Source: Catajapyx aquilonaris
Taxonomy: Eukaryota
Reading direction: 5' to 3'
DNA: 64,000 bases
NCBI GenBank assembly: GCA_000934665.2
Contig: KZ538517.1
Coordinates: 1 to 64,000 of the forward strand
The translations under genes and the position numbers were made by a program. Of this stretch, positions 1 through 12,400 are shown piece after piece (the stretch's first letter is position 1; every line of letters begins with the position of its first letter). A model generated the notes under the pieces. That model was not told where the DNA came from. It did no database searches and saw only the letters and a program-made list of their open reading frames with translations.

Positions 1-1269
1 CCCATGGGGCATATGTGGAGGCCTCCGTATCGATCTGTTTAGGTGACAGACAGAGAGACAGACAGACAGATATAGGTCTGGAAATATGTATTAGATACTG
101 TATACGTTAGCAAATACAGTATAATGCGGCTTCACTGAATGCTTGCTCAAAGGAACAAAAAAGTGCTCCCCTCTGAGCTATATATTTGTGTTTGACAGCA
201 ACATATATTTAGGGCAGTGGAAACTTTTAAAATCCTCTACATAACTGCAGAGTGAGCGTATTTTTGCATAATATGAACTCATAAACAATGTATTATCCTA
301 TATCGAGACCTATACATGTGTAGGCTAGTCACCTAATTTTCTAGAATATATTAGATACAGAACAAAGTTGATAATTATGTGCCTCATTAAGCGTTGAAGC
401 CCCGGATGCGTCATCGATGGTTAATCCAGAACAAGTGGTTGAGCCGTGTGACACATGTAAGATTAATCAGTCGTTCTGGATTTACCATAAATCACGCAAC
501 CATATATACCTATATATAAGTACAGTACAGGCCTCATTCTACAGTCTCTCGCGAAAGTACCAACCAAGATGCACTCGAAGTAACTCAAACCTCTACATGG
601 TGTTCCGCTAACCGAATTACAAAATAAGGTGTGTTCCATTGCACCACAGAATAATTTTACTCATATACTTAGAGGTACAGTACCTATCACGCATGTAGCA
701 CTTTCTTCATGCATCCCAGCTCCCACAGATTTCAGAGAGGATACATTGAACTTGCAGCCGATTTCAGCGTGGGATAAAGCAGTACATAAAATACCGCAAT
801 GCAGAGCTTCATTTCTCTACACTAGTCTACGAGGTACAGTATCGAGTATTCAGCTTCCTCACCCGGCATGGTAGGTATTTTTTAAACGGTTGGTTTTATT
901 TAGCAAATTAGCCATAGTCAACGGATATCTGAGTATGCACCTCTGGAACCTCCCACTCTTCAAATGAAGATGCCCTCACGCAATAATAAGAGTAAACACT
1001 GTCCTTTTGTTTTGCAAGGGAACAACTGACTTTGAGACAAGGGTTGAGACTATATCCAGGATTACGAGCATGCCATTGCGTCAACGACAACAATAATGTA
1101 CGTATCTCAGTACATGTTGGAATCATTGTTGCATGCTTAACTCCCCAGTTGTTTACATCTCACCATGGCACCAGTAGTACGACAAATTACTCTTCAGTAT
1201 AGGCGTATATTTGGGAAAGGATTCTGAGAACGAGGCAGGAAGGATTAAACTGGAGGTGGAGCGAGCGAG

Positions 1270-4200
1270 ATGGGCCCCAAATCTAATAAAACAAGAAAAG
1301 ATGACAAGGTGACCCTGGTATTCGGTCCCCTTGCGATCGAGTGCAAGCAGGCAGAGACCGCCCTCCTGATCCTTCAGAGCCCTGAAGACCCCCTGGTGGT
1401 AGAGTCCTGCCAGCAGCTGCAGAGGTTCGCGTCTAAGGGCGAAGCCTACCTGGTACACTTGTTCAACATAGGATGCCTGCCCATCCTGGTCCAGTCGGCC
1501 GCCAGGCCCGAGGTCGTGGTCAGGCGGTTGGCCTTCAAGATCCTGGCACTCATGTCCGAAGTGGACATCATCCGGCCCGCTTACCACGACATGGGCGTCC
1601 TCCAGATGGTGGAGCCGGCGCTGATAGCTGAGTCCGACCCGCACCTCCTCGAGTTCATGACATGCATCTTGGCCAACCTTAGCGACAGCAGTTATGGTAA
1701 GGCCTTCATCATGCAGACTACTGTTAGTGCCGCCATCATCGACCTGTTGAGCGCCGGAGATCCGGATATCCAGAAGAACAGTTTGCAGGTTAGCATGAGT
1801 TATTCTTCTTATTAGGTTTTTCTACCATGTGTTTCTTTCCCTCTGCAGGTTCTAGAAAACCTTATGGAAGATCCTCTCACCGCTCTGGACATATCTCGTT
1901 TGGATCCGTTCGCATCCCTTATGACTCTCTTGGACTCTGAGTACCCAGTGATCCAGAAGATGGCCCTCCAGGTGTGCAACAGGATGACCGAGCTAGAGGC
2001 TGAGGCTGCTGTCGGCATCCGAGAGGCTGATGGCATCGAGAGGCTCTCCACCATTTTGGACAAGCTCGACCAAATGGACCTGCACTTGGCAGTGGTAGAG
2101 GTCCTAGGAAACTGCTGCAGGAAAGACGAGGAGGGTGCCAACAAGCTCATACAATGTGGGGCACTAGGAAGACTCACTCGCGTCGTGAACAAGTCAGTCT
2201 TTGACATTCAAAAGCCGAACTCTAAAACCGAACTTGTAAATGTGACACTAGGCGTTCTCACTGCAGGTGGAAGGACCCTATTTTCGCCCAGCTAGCCACA
2301 AGCGCCATGGCACTCTTCGCCAAGATGGCCGCCTCTACTCCAATATCAAGGGCTCTCCTAAGCCTGGATGCACATTTGGACATAATCGATATGCTGAAAG
2401 ACACCACCATGCCGGTCATGCAGGATTTCCATCCCAGAGCAGCAGTGGCAGTGGCCAACTTTGCACTCTTTCCGTGCTTTCGGGGAAAGATGGTGATGGA
2501 CGGCGTGGTGGCACCGCTGGTGGAGGTTAGTCAACCAGGGAGTTCTTGCAGTCAGTCAGACGAAACTGTCAACTGTCACCCTATTGCAGATAAGCCATAA
2601 CCAACTGGAGACCCTGGCGACCCGTGAGGCCGCCACTGTGGCCCTGACGCACCTCCTCCCGGACGGAGATCTAGCCTGTCGCCTATTTCTGGAGGCCGGT
2701 GGGGTAGAGGTCATGGTCTCCAAGATCCACGCTGCAGGCGCCAGGCTCAACCTGGCTCCTTCCCTTGGCAGCTCCATGGCCTCCTCTGAGTTGCCTGAAG
2801 AGGGCCCGAAGTCAGGGACAGTGGGAATGGTCGAGGAGATGAGGATGGCCGCCACCAAGTGCCTCGGGGAGTTGGCCATGTGTCGGCCAGTGCGCCACGA
2901 GCTTCTGCAGCCGGAACGTGGAGTGGTCAGCGCCCTGGTCATCTCCGCCAGCCGTCCTCCGTTGCGAGCCCAGGCGCAGTCCTTCGCATCCCTGTCCGTC
3001 ATAACCAGGGTGGACCAGGGGGCCAGGAAGCAGTTCTTCGAGGAGGATGGCTCCAAAGTGCTGCTCAACCGGGGGCTCCGAGCCCGAAGCCTGGCCGTCA
3101 GAAAGGCTGCCTGGAGTCTGATAGACGCCCTTGCCACCTCCGACCCTCTGGCCGGAATACAGTTGATACGAGACGGCATCTTGGACCACCTCCTGGATAA
3201 CATGCAGTCGGTCAACGCCTACCCGGTACTGTCCAAAGCCATCCACTCCGTGCTCAAGAGCCACCCTCCTGCGCTCTTCTCCGTTACTGGCAGGCTGAGT
3301 CCAAACGACTTCATCACTGATGGATTCTACGACGCTGGCCACTGGCGCATTGGTACAAAGTACCACTCTCTGGAGTGGTACATACACTACCATGCCTGCC
3401 CGAACAACGTGGTGTATTATGTCCACTTTTTTGGAGCTCGTGAGTATTCTTCCTACTTGCTACATATACCCAATGCGACATCGTCTTCCTATCCGTTTTT
3501 TCTCTCTCTTCTTATTCAGATGTGCAAACTTACCGCAGGAAGCTAGACCCAGGGCGGCGTTATTTGTCATACGAAGCAAAGTTACCCAAGACCAAAAGTA
3601 AAAAGATTATCCCACCACCGGAAGTGAAACAAGAAGGTGAAGTCAACAAACCGGATTCCTCAAATGCAGGAGAAAAAAAAGAAAAGGAAGACACTGTGGA
3701 GGGGCAGGAGGAGGAGGGTGTGAAGGAAGATGAAGATGCAGAGGAAGAGGAGGAGTGGGACGAGGTTAGCGAGGACGATGGGCAGGGCTACGAGCCACCC
3801 GACCAGCCAGACAAGCCTGTGATGAGGCTGCAGTTTCAAGAGGAGTCCACTGGGAAGAGGAATCGGTGGGCAGTCAAGCTCAAGTTGCCAAAGATTAGCA
3901 TGGAGAACAGCCTGGGAGCCTACATAGAAGAGGCGCGTTTCTGCCTGGCCCGATGCAGCGCCAAGAACGAAAGGGCGCAGGTTGGGGTCCTGGGCAGGTA
4001 TGTGGCCACTTGCTTCGGAGGACCCATCAGCGGACCCAAAGCCTTGATGGCCCATGTGCACGCCTGCAAGGATGAGGTGCGACAGTGGAAGAAGACGACC
4101 CACTGCATTGTTGTCCCTCTTGGTGCCCTCACCAGCGGTGGGTTCAGGGAGCGGTCGCTGGTCTACAAGGCACTAGGAGACCAGCTTGGAATACCATCGT

Positions 4201-4421
4201 CACTGGTCAGGGGCGACTATGGGAGGACTTGGAATGAGGTCACCTTCCTGACACAGTGCTCTAGGGACGATAAGGTGGAAGATGAGAGTGTGGAGTGGGG
4301 GGCTCTGACGGACAAAGTGCCGATATGCGACAGGGACATCTATATCGTGGACGTTGTGTTTAGACCAGGAGCACTGCTCAAGAAGGGAACCAAGCAAGCA
4401 GACCAGTACATGGGGCTGTGA
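1270..4421 (+). CDS. ARMC3: Armadillo repeat-containing protein 3 (ARMC3/gudu-like), about 957 aa, 5 exons
   Basis: Exons 1270-1788, 1849-2192, 2267-2525, 2590-3439, 3520-4421 join through GT-AG introns with consistent phases (2874 nt). N-terminus KVTLVFGPLAIECKQAETALLILQSPE, then ARM repeats, GRLSPNDFITDGFYDAG, an acidic linker, and a C-terminal EDR1-like segment (VPLGALTSGGFRERSLVYKALGDQLGIPSSLVRGDYGRTWNEV) typical of ARMC3. AATAAA at 4521-4526. Confidence 0.9.
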
Positions 4422-6455
4422 GCCATGACAGCAAGATGATGACACGCTTATATTTTTACATATGACAAATGAGATGTGGCCTGGCTGACTTGTTTTATCA
4501 ATTCTATGCTACTGCCTGATAATAAAAGTTTACTTTGCGTTAGCAGTGAATGTTGATGGCCTAACCTAAAGTGTTCGCTTAATAATTGTGTGTACTGGAT
4601 GAGGATCAGACTTGAGAGGAGTGTGCAGGCTAGATTTAAACATTTGGCTACATTAGAGTGGGATATCTGAAATATACCCTGCAGAGAAGAGGGCCAAAAA
4701 AACGTGTTTTTTTTTCTCTCTTCCTAAATATTGGCAACGGAAACTGCTGGTAAGTAATGAGGAAGAAGAGAATAATGAAAAGAAAATATACGGTTAGTAG
4801 TGCAAACTTGCGAACTTGCTTGAATTCCGGAATCAGCGAATAATTAAAGTGAAACGTGCAATTGCAGTATCATCAGATTTTTTTAAAGAATCCCAGCACA
4901 TTATAGACCTGTTAGAATTAGGTTAGTCAAATTACTGCATGCAAAGCAAATCGAAAAAGACCAATAATGTTGTAGGCAAGGTTGTAGGCGTATGAACTGT
5001 AGATCCCTAATGTTGTACTCGTATAAAATCTGTAACATCACAGGCAGTCAATTGAGAAAAGGCTTCGTTTATATTTTGGTTTACATAAAAACATTTGAAA
5101 TAAATTATATATCAAAGTGCAATAACTTTTGAAGGAAACTTTTCTGCGCCCTATGAATAGTGACATTCGACTTAGCTCGTTTCTGGTAATATTTAGAAAC
5201 CTTTAATTTTGATTAGGGGGGGAGCTAAAGTGCACCCTTGCCACTCAAATGGTTGCTGAAGAAGTTGAATGCTCATTGCCACAGTTAATGAAGCCCTAAT
5301 ATTTGCCCCCAGGAGGTTTTTCGACTGATTATACCGTGAAAAATCCATGTTTTTGCCTGCCTCTACTGAACTGGTGGTTTGGGCACTGGACCATCCTAGT
5401 ACCTCCACAATATTTATTCCAAAAATGCACAACACTGCATGCAGTTAAATTTCATCACCAAAAATAATTGATTACAATAATATTATTGTATTACAATAGT
5501 ATTGGTACTCTTTCCGTCAAACACTCCTGAACTTAATTTCCTTACACCCAGTTATTCTCACACCTTAGTCCCAAAGCACCTATGATCTGCCACCCTTCTT
5601 GCCTATCTCTCCTCCCTGACTAGAGCATCCAAGGGAAGACTTGGCCCTACTACCTGCACATTGCATTGACCAGCCACAGAGGAACTCACTCGGTCCTACA
5701 GAGCAATGCAGCCTGCTTCTTTGCAGTCTAGTCCTCATAAAATTAGAACATTTTATAGTGGAAGTACTGTGCAGTAGAGTAAATAGCAATGCTGGCTTTC
5801 ATCCCATCTTACCTTTCACTTCTCTTCTCCACCTTCAGACCCAAGGTGATGACGTGTGGTCTACTGGTCTCACGGAATGAGTTCCCTCCCCTCACTAATG
5901 CAATGGGTGCAATATGGACCACAAAAAATGTGTCTTTACACGCACATGTGCTACTTCCACTTCTTAATTGTTTAAATTACCAGAACTTATTGTTTCCACT
6001 CAAGAAATTGTTAAGAGCAGAAAGAAATGCAGGAACTTGTAGCAAAATGCTGTCAAAGTTATTTAAACAGAAATATGTGGTGGTCTGGACACGTGGGATC
6101 CAGAATAAAATGACATAAGCCAGAGATTATTCAGAGATCATTTCCAAAAGGTCCAGCACAATTCAACCTACTATCCAGCTCACAGTAGGCAAAGTTTCTT
6201 CAACAGCTGCATTATGTTAGGTAGTTCCTCTCATTGGTTAACTTCCATGTAAAAGACACTGTTAAATTTGTATATTTTATTTTGGGTATAAAAGCTCACT
6301 CTCATGGCTGATAAATGGTAGGCCTATGGAGCATGGTAATAAATTCCAGCATTAGGTATATCTATGGAGTGCTGAAGAGTCCAAAAGGATCATCTGATGC
6401 CATATGTTCGCATGCAACACAGGTTACTAACCCCCCAAAAAATTTCCATACTTCA

Positions 6456-9400
6456 TTACAGGTCCCTGATGTGCAAGTAGAGCTTATGCATGCCTGAAGT
6501 AGCAGCCATCAGGGTCAAGTAGATCCCAGTCCAAAATATGGTCCTCCCTTTCAGCACAGCAGAATCCCTGTCGTCCCAGGCTGCCTTTACCTTAAACCTG
6601 GCATTCTTGCTTGGGCGTGGTACAGACCCCAACTCAATGGCATGGTTTCCTCCATGAGTAGAACCTCTCTTTGTAGACTCAATGACAACCTTCAAAAAGC
6701 TACTCTCCCACTGTGGCTGAACCAGCATCTGCATCTCCTCACTGGTCAGAACTACTGTCTTAAATGTTGGGTCTACTCCTAAACCCCTGCGCCATATCAG
6801 GCGAAGAGCTGCCTGCCTTTTGTCATCAGGAGTGTGGTGCTGGGAATTTGCGCCAATCAATGCCATCCAATCACCCTCGATTCCAGCTGCCTGGAGACCA
6901 AACCATGAAGTAAGATCAATGGAATCTTGATCCATAGTCATCATTGCTGTCAGCCCTCGATACATCCGTAGTCCACAGCGTATGTTAAAGGAGAAAATGG
7001 GACGACCACAGGTTGGGCATCCACTCTCTTGAGCAAGCCAGCACGGTATGCATTCTAGGTGCAAGCCATGGTGACATTTAAGGATCTTGACCTGAGTGAA
7101 AAAAATAACAATAACAGGCATAAAATGAAGTGGCATAAAATAGATACTATGGGGCTCATATTCTTTTGGCCACTTTATCCTGGTCTTGAAACAACCCTTC
7201 ACACAGACACACTTCCTCCGTGGGGCCTCTGCGAAGGGTTGCTTCAAGACCAGGATAAAGTAGCCAAAAGAATTTGAGCCCCATAGTACTTCCTGTATAG
7301 GTGCCATGGGTCACCACTGCCCGGTTACCAAGGTCACATTAGCATCATAAAAAAGTGTATTATACAATCCTATATGTTGAAGATTCATATGCCCGATTGC
7401 ACCAACGAAATTACCGATTCGATAGCTCCTAATAGATCGTTAGCACATGTTAAAAGGGCTCCTAACGATCCATTAGGAGCTATCGGATCGGTAATTTCGG
7501 TTGGTGCAATCGAGCATGTGCCTTCCAGTTCCGACACTTCCATTGTGCAGGCCCTTGAGATAATGTCTTACATTTAAATTTCATGGAAACACCTCAAATT
7601 TCAATGAAATGGGTAAGGTCATGCAGAGGAATGCAGATCTGCCAGGATATTGATACCTTGTGTTTGAATAAGTCTATTATCTCATTAACTACTAACTAGG
7701 CTGCACAGACGAATGACACCTATACTTAAAATAACAGCCTAGAATGCCTGGACCACCCCCCAAAGTTTCGGGCAGTTATTTTTTCTGCGCCCTGTAAATA
7801 TGAATATGAGCAGTTCAGAGAAGGAACTCATTTGAGACACCCTATCTATACATGAGCAAAAATTGTTCGCCTCTCAAATGCAAGAAGAGTTCTAGGTATC
7901 GAGTGATGGGTGAGTGCACCTACACCAACAAAATTGCACCCCTGTTGTAATGGTGACTGAACTGATCCCCCAGTAAGAACTTTTTGCATGAGTGCTCTCC
8001 AAGTTGGTGATCCAGTCATTTATAATTAGAACAATTAGTTCAGTCCTGACCATCTTGACTGTGCCTACAAGGTCACCCTGAATATGTACATCTAATCAAG
8101 GTTGCAAGCATATCCTAAGTGTACTCTCTAGTCATACCAATTATAACAACATTGATAATTACCTTGGATCTCCGCACTAGAGGTACCCTACACAGGGCAC
8201 AACATTCTGACTGGTCAATATTACAACTGTCAACTACTGGTATGATGTCATTAGCCACTCCAGCCATGCGGCTAAACTCTGCTGTGGTTGTTTCAGTTGC
8301 AAAGAGGGCATGAGACAAGCACCAAAAGAGGGCCCATCGAGGTACCATCACATTTTCTTTCCAGGCAAGACCATCTAACAAGGCCATAGCAGCAGGTAGG
8401 AAAGGAGTGGCAAGTGCGCAGAAGGCCCGCCACCAAGCTTTTGTCTCATGCAGACGTAAAATGCGCAGTGGGCCCATTCGTTTCTGGGTATGGACCCACG
8501 CAAACAGGCACAGAAAGGCTGATTGTTGAGCATGATCAAACCAGAGGATCTCTGGTATTCCATAATCACTGCCTTTGCGCACTGCCATTACCATTGACAA
8601 TAGTGACAAGGTCATTGCTGCTGGCATGATACGCCTTTGAAGTTCTGATGGGATCTTCAGTGCATTCATTGTTGCTACGCTCAGGTGAAGATGCATCTGG
8701 CTAGCAAGCACTTCTGCAATCACAAGCCAGGGTGGGATATTTTCCAAATTGATATACAACACCCCCATTGTTGTTAGGTACATGATCCATCGTGACTCGC
8801 TTTGGTGTGTCCTTAGCAAAGCGGCAAAGGAGTTGCACATAGTTGACCCAAGAAATGCTATGAGAGAGGACAAAGCCCATTTGTCAAGGAAGGTGTCACA
8901 TGGCGTTTGTAGGAAATCCCAGAAGCTGTTGGGCCAGGCTCCAAAGCTTTCTTCACTCCAGAAGAAAGTCACTCGTATGGCAAGAAATATGAGAAGAAAG
9001 AGTGTGGTCAGCCGATGAGTGACCAATCCAGCAATCTCATCCAGCTTCCATAGTTGCCATGATATTATCTTTCTACGAACCAGGTCATCCAGCAGATAAT
9101 TCCAAGTCATAAGGCGTCCCTCGGTTTTCAGGTTGAATTCATCCAAGAGGCGATTAATCTGCAGGGTTAACATATAAGTGACAGGGGTGGTGTAAGGTGC
9201 AAGTGAAATATACAGGGTGTCTGTGAACCGACCAGTCATACCTGTACCCGTGGCTTAAATGACACGAGAGGAGCATGTTATGTAGAGGAGTCATTATGTC
9301 TGGGCAGCCTCATTACTGAGATAATTGATCATTTACGATTTAGCGATTGGGCCTAAGAGTGATTATCACAGATTGTCACAGATCACATGTGACATGTAGT

Positions 9401-12400
9401 ACACATGCGACATGCTAGTAGCCAATTGGAAAAGCTGCTATTTTCACCCGTGATGCGATTTCGGGGGTGAAGGTTTCCATACCTCCCAGGATACTTTGTA
9501 CTTGTCGTATAAAGGCAATTATCTCAGTAATGAGGCTGCCCGGACATAATGACTTCTCTACGTAACATGTTCCTCTCGTGTCATTTAAGCCACGTGTAAA
9601 GGTCTGACTGGTCAGTTCACGGACACCCTGTATATCAGTATCTGTCATTTTGTTTGTTTGGTGCTTTTGTAATCAGGTGTATACTTGAGGGTGGAGGGAT
9701 CAGCTCCTAGTTTCAATCACACTACCTGCAGGCGCGTTATGGTGAGGTCCCTTCCAATCTTATGGCAGCTGAGTTCCTTAAGCATCACTAGGAATGACAG
9801 GCCAACAACAGCAGTGGCAGGAAGCAGTTTGCCAAGATGCTGAAGTGCAGCACAATAGTTGCCATCTTGAAGGCGTACTGACTGGAATGACCCAGTCAAA
9901 ACCACAAGTGCCACAAAGAATCTCTTCCTGTACTGATGAATTCCATTCTTGCTGCGTGTCACTCTCCAGGCTGCCAAGGCAGCAATAGCCATAAAGAGGG
10001 TGTTCAGGAGAGTTGTGGATTTCCAAGGTAGGAAAGGGAGTAGAAGTCGTGCCAGTGGGAAGGGCAAAGTCACCAACAATTCTTTATTATCTGCTGCTAT
10101 TGCTGCACTAATCTGGCTTAGCCATAGTAGTATCCCTGGTAGCAAATACGGTAGGTATGTAAACACCACGTCTAAAAGGAGCCTCCAATTGAAGGCCACG
10201 AACCAGCCACCCATCATCACAGCTGGAAATATGAATTATTTCATTGTTAACTATATGGTGGGGTAGTGCTTTAAGACTAGGCCTGGAAAATAGAATATAG
10301 GAGAGAGAAGGGGGGTGAATGTAATATTGAATTTAATGGTAGGTCTACTGTTATGTGCCGTTTTGCAATGCAGGAAAAATCTTACTCTAAATTTTACAAC
10401 GAATGTGTCAAGTGAATCACTGCCTGCTCAAAGTCACCTGCTGTGGCATTTTGTCAATTTTTTCCTACTGTGGCTTAGCAGGCTGAAAAACTTGGGCAAT
10501 TGGCAATAATGAAAACATAACAAAATCTTGCAACCATTTTAGAGAGGAACCTAGACCAGAGGTCTTCTGGTGCTATTAAATGGGAATTTAATGACAGTGT
10601 GAGGAATCAACTTCTTCTACTAGTTGCATAAATAATTTGTCTCCTGAAATGTGAGTGTTTGAACGTGGGACCCCTTTGTTGTCACAGACTCAATTTTATC
10701 ACTTTTGGCATAAGTATAGGCTAAATTGTACAATATTTTTAATGGATGTTCCTCAATTGAGATAATCCTAATTACATATAAAGTACTGTACACATCCTCA
10801 CGTATGCTACTTTTAAAGGTATCATGCTTGTCCCACTAGGCAAAAGTTTTCAACACCCACTCATGAAGTTATTTCTTGCAATGGGAGCCACCCTAGCACC
10901 ATTACACCCTTCACCTCCTCTTCCAATTAGAACCTCTCCTACAAATCTTTTTTTTTCTAGAATTAAAAAGGGTATGAGGGTCTTGTGAAATATGAGACTT
11001 GTAGGCAGGGTATTTCATGACTATTTTAGCGAACAATTCCAGGTTTTTTCAACACTGCATGGGGCATAAGTAACTGGGTGTTGTTGTCAAGGAAGCAAAT
11101 GCCTTCACTTTGTTTTTCTTTGCATATCTTTGCCTAGAACACTGGAAACACCCTCCCTGCACTCCAGCTCTTGCACCCAGTACCTTCCACTTCTTCAGTA
11201 CTCTAGAAAATGCTCTGACTGGAAGATTTCAATTGAGGAAAAGATGAAAGGATAGGTGGTGGCTCCATTCAAAGGAACAGCCTTCTGTAACAAGGGTGCT
11301 GAAAGCATGGGCTTCTGGAATAGCTTGGGGACCAATGTAAGTGTGTTTGGGTATCCGTGTTCGGAAATTTCAATTTTAAAATATTTGAACATTTTTAAAA
11401 TTAATGATACCGATTTGCCCTTCTAGCAACCCAAACCTACAGTTACCTTTATGCTCATGGATTTTTTTAAGAACCTAACTTAAGCAGTGGCATCGGCATG
11501 AGAGGAGTGGGGGATTCCCCTAAAACTCTGCATACTTACAGCCCTGCAATAATAGAGTGGTACAGCTGATCACTGTTCATAAAATCTCTCCCCCCCCCCT
11601 CCCCCTATGATATTTTCTACTTACAGTACTGAAATAAAACAATGTATCACAACTTACTTGCAAAAGGACGTTGTAGAAAGCTGGCCTGAGTGACTCCAAC
11701 AACCAGCATAACTGGAAACGATGTCATAAAGAGGATGCTTTCAGCTGTCACCTTGAATGTATCCATAGTCGCACTTATAAAGCCATACACCAGTGAGCAC
11801 AATGTTCCACAAACATATGCATGGATATTGGTCCAACTGCAAAGTGGTGCCACAAAAGCAACCATGACGCTCAAGAAGGACTCACCTGGAGATAAAATAG
11901 CAACACTGACAAATTTTTATATCATCCTGTTATAAAATCAAAACCTTGCTTTTTCCCTTCACAAAAAGTTACAAATGTCTTGAGGTTTACTCAACCACTC
12001 ACAGGCACCCTGAAATGTCTGCATTGATTGTGCACAGATGGCTTATATTAGAGAAGCCTCACTGTTGTTTTGAGAATGAATAGCTGCAGCCAGTAAATTA
12101 TGCTATTGACACCCAGCATTTACTTCTGAATTTTTTGTACCATTCTTCACTGCAGCCTGTCACATTGTGAAAATGTACAGGGTGTTCCAAGTTCATGGGT
12201 GATTTTAGTTTTCACTAATTTCACATGAAGTAATTTTTTGCGCAGATAGTTGTGCCATGATGTCCCATTACTCTCAGGTGGTCGACTAGAGTGGTTTCAA
12301 TAGGATAGGGCACCTGATTAGGGGCGCAACAAAGCTACAAAAAAAATAACAGCTTCAAGCAAAATTTCCTATAAAACTAAAAGTACTGATACAGATGTTT

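Noticed and set aside
1153..4445. Long antisense ORFs over ARMC3 (e.g. 1153-1644, 2556-3215, 2812-3426)
   Set aside because: Shadow ORFs of GC-rich coding sequence, with no recognisable protein features.
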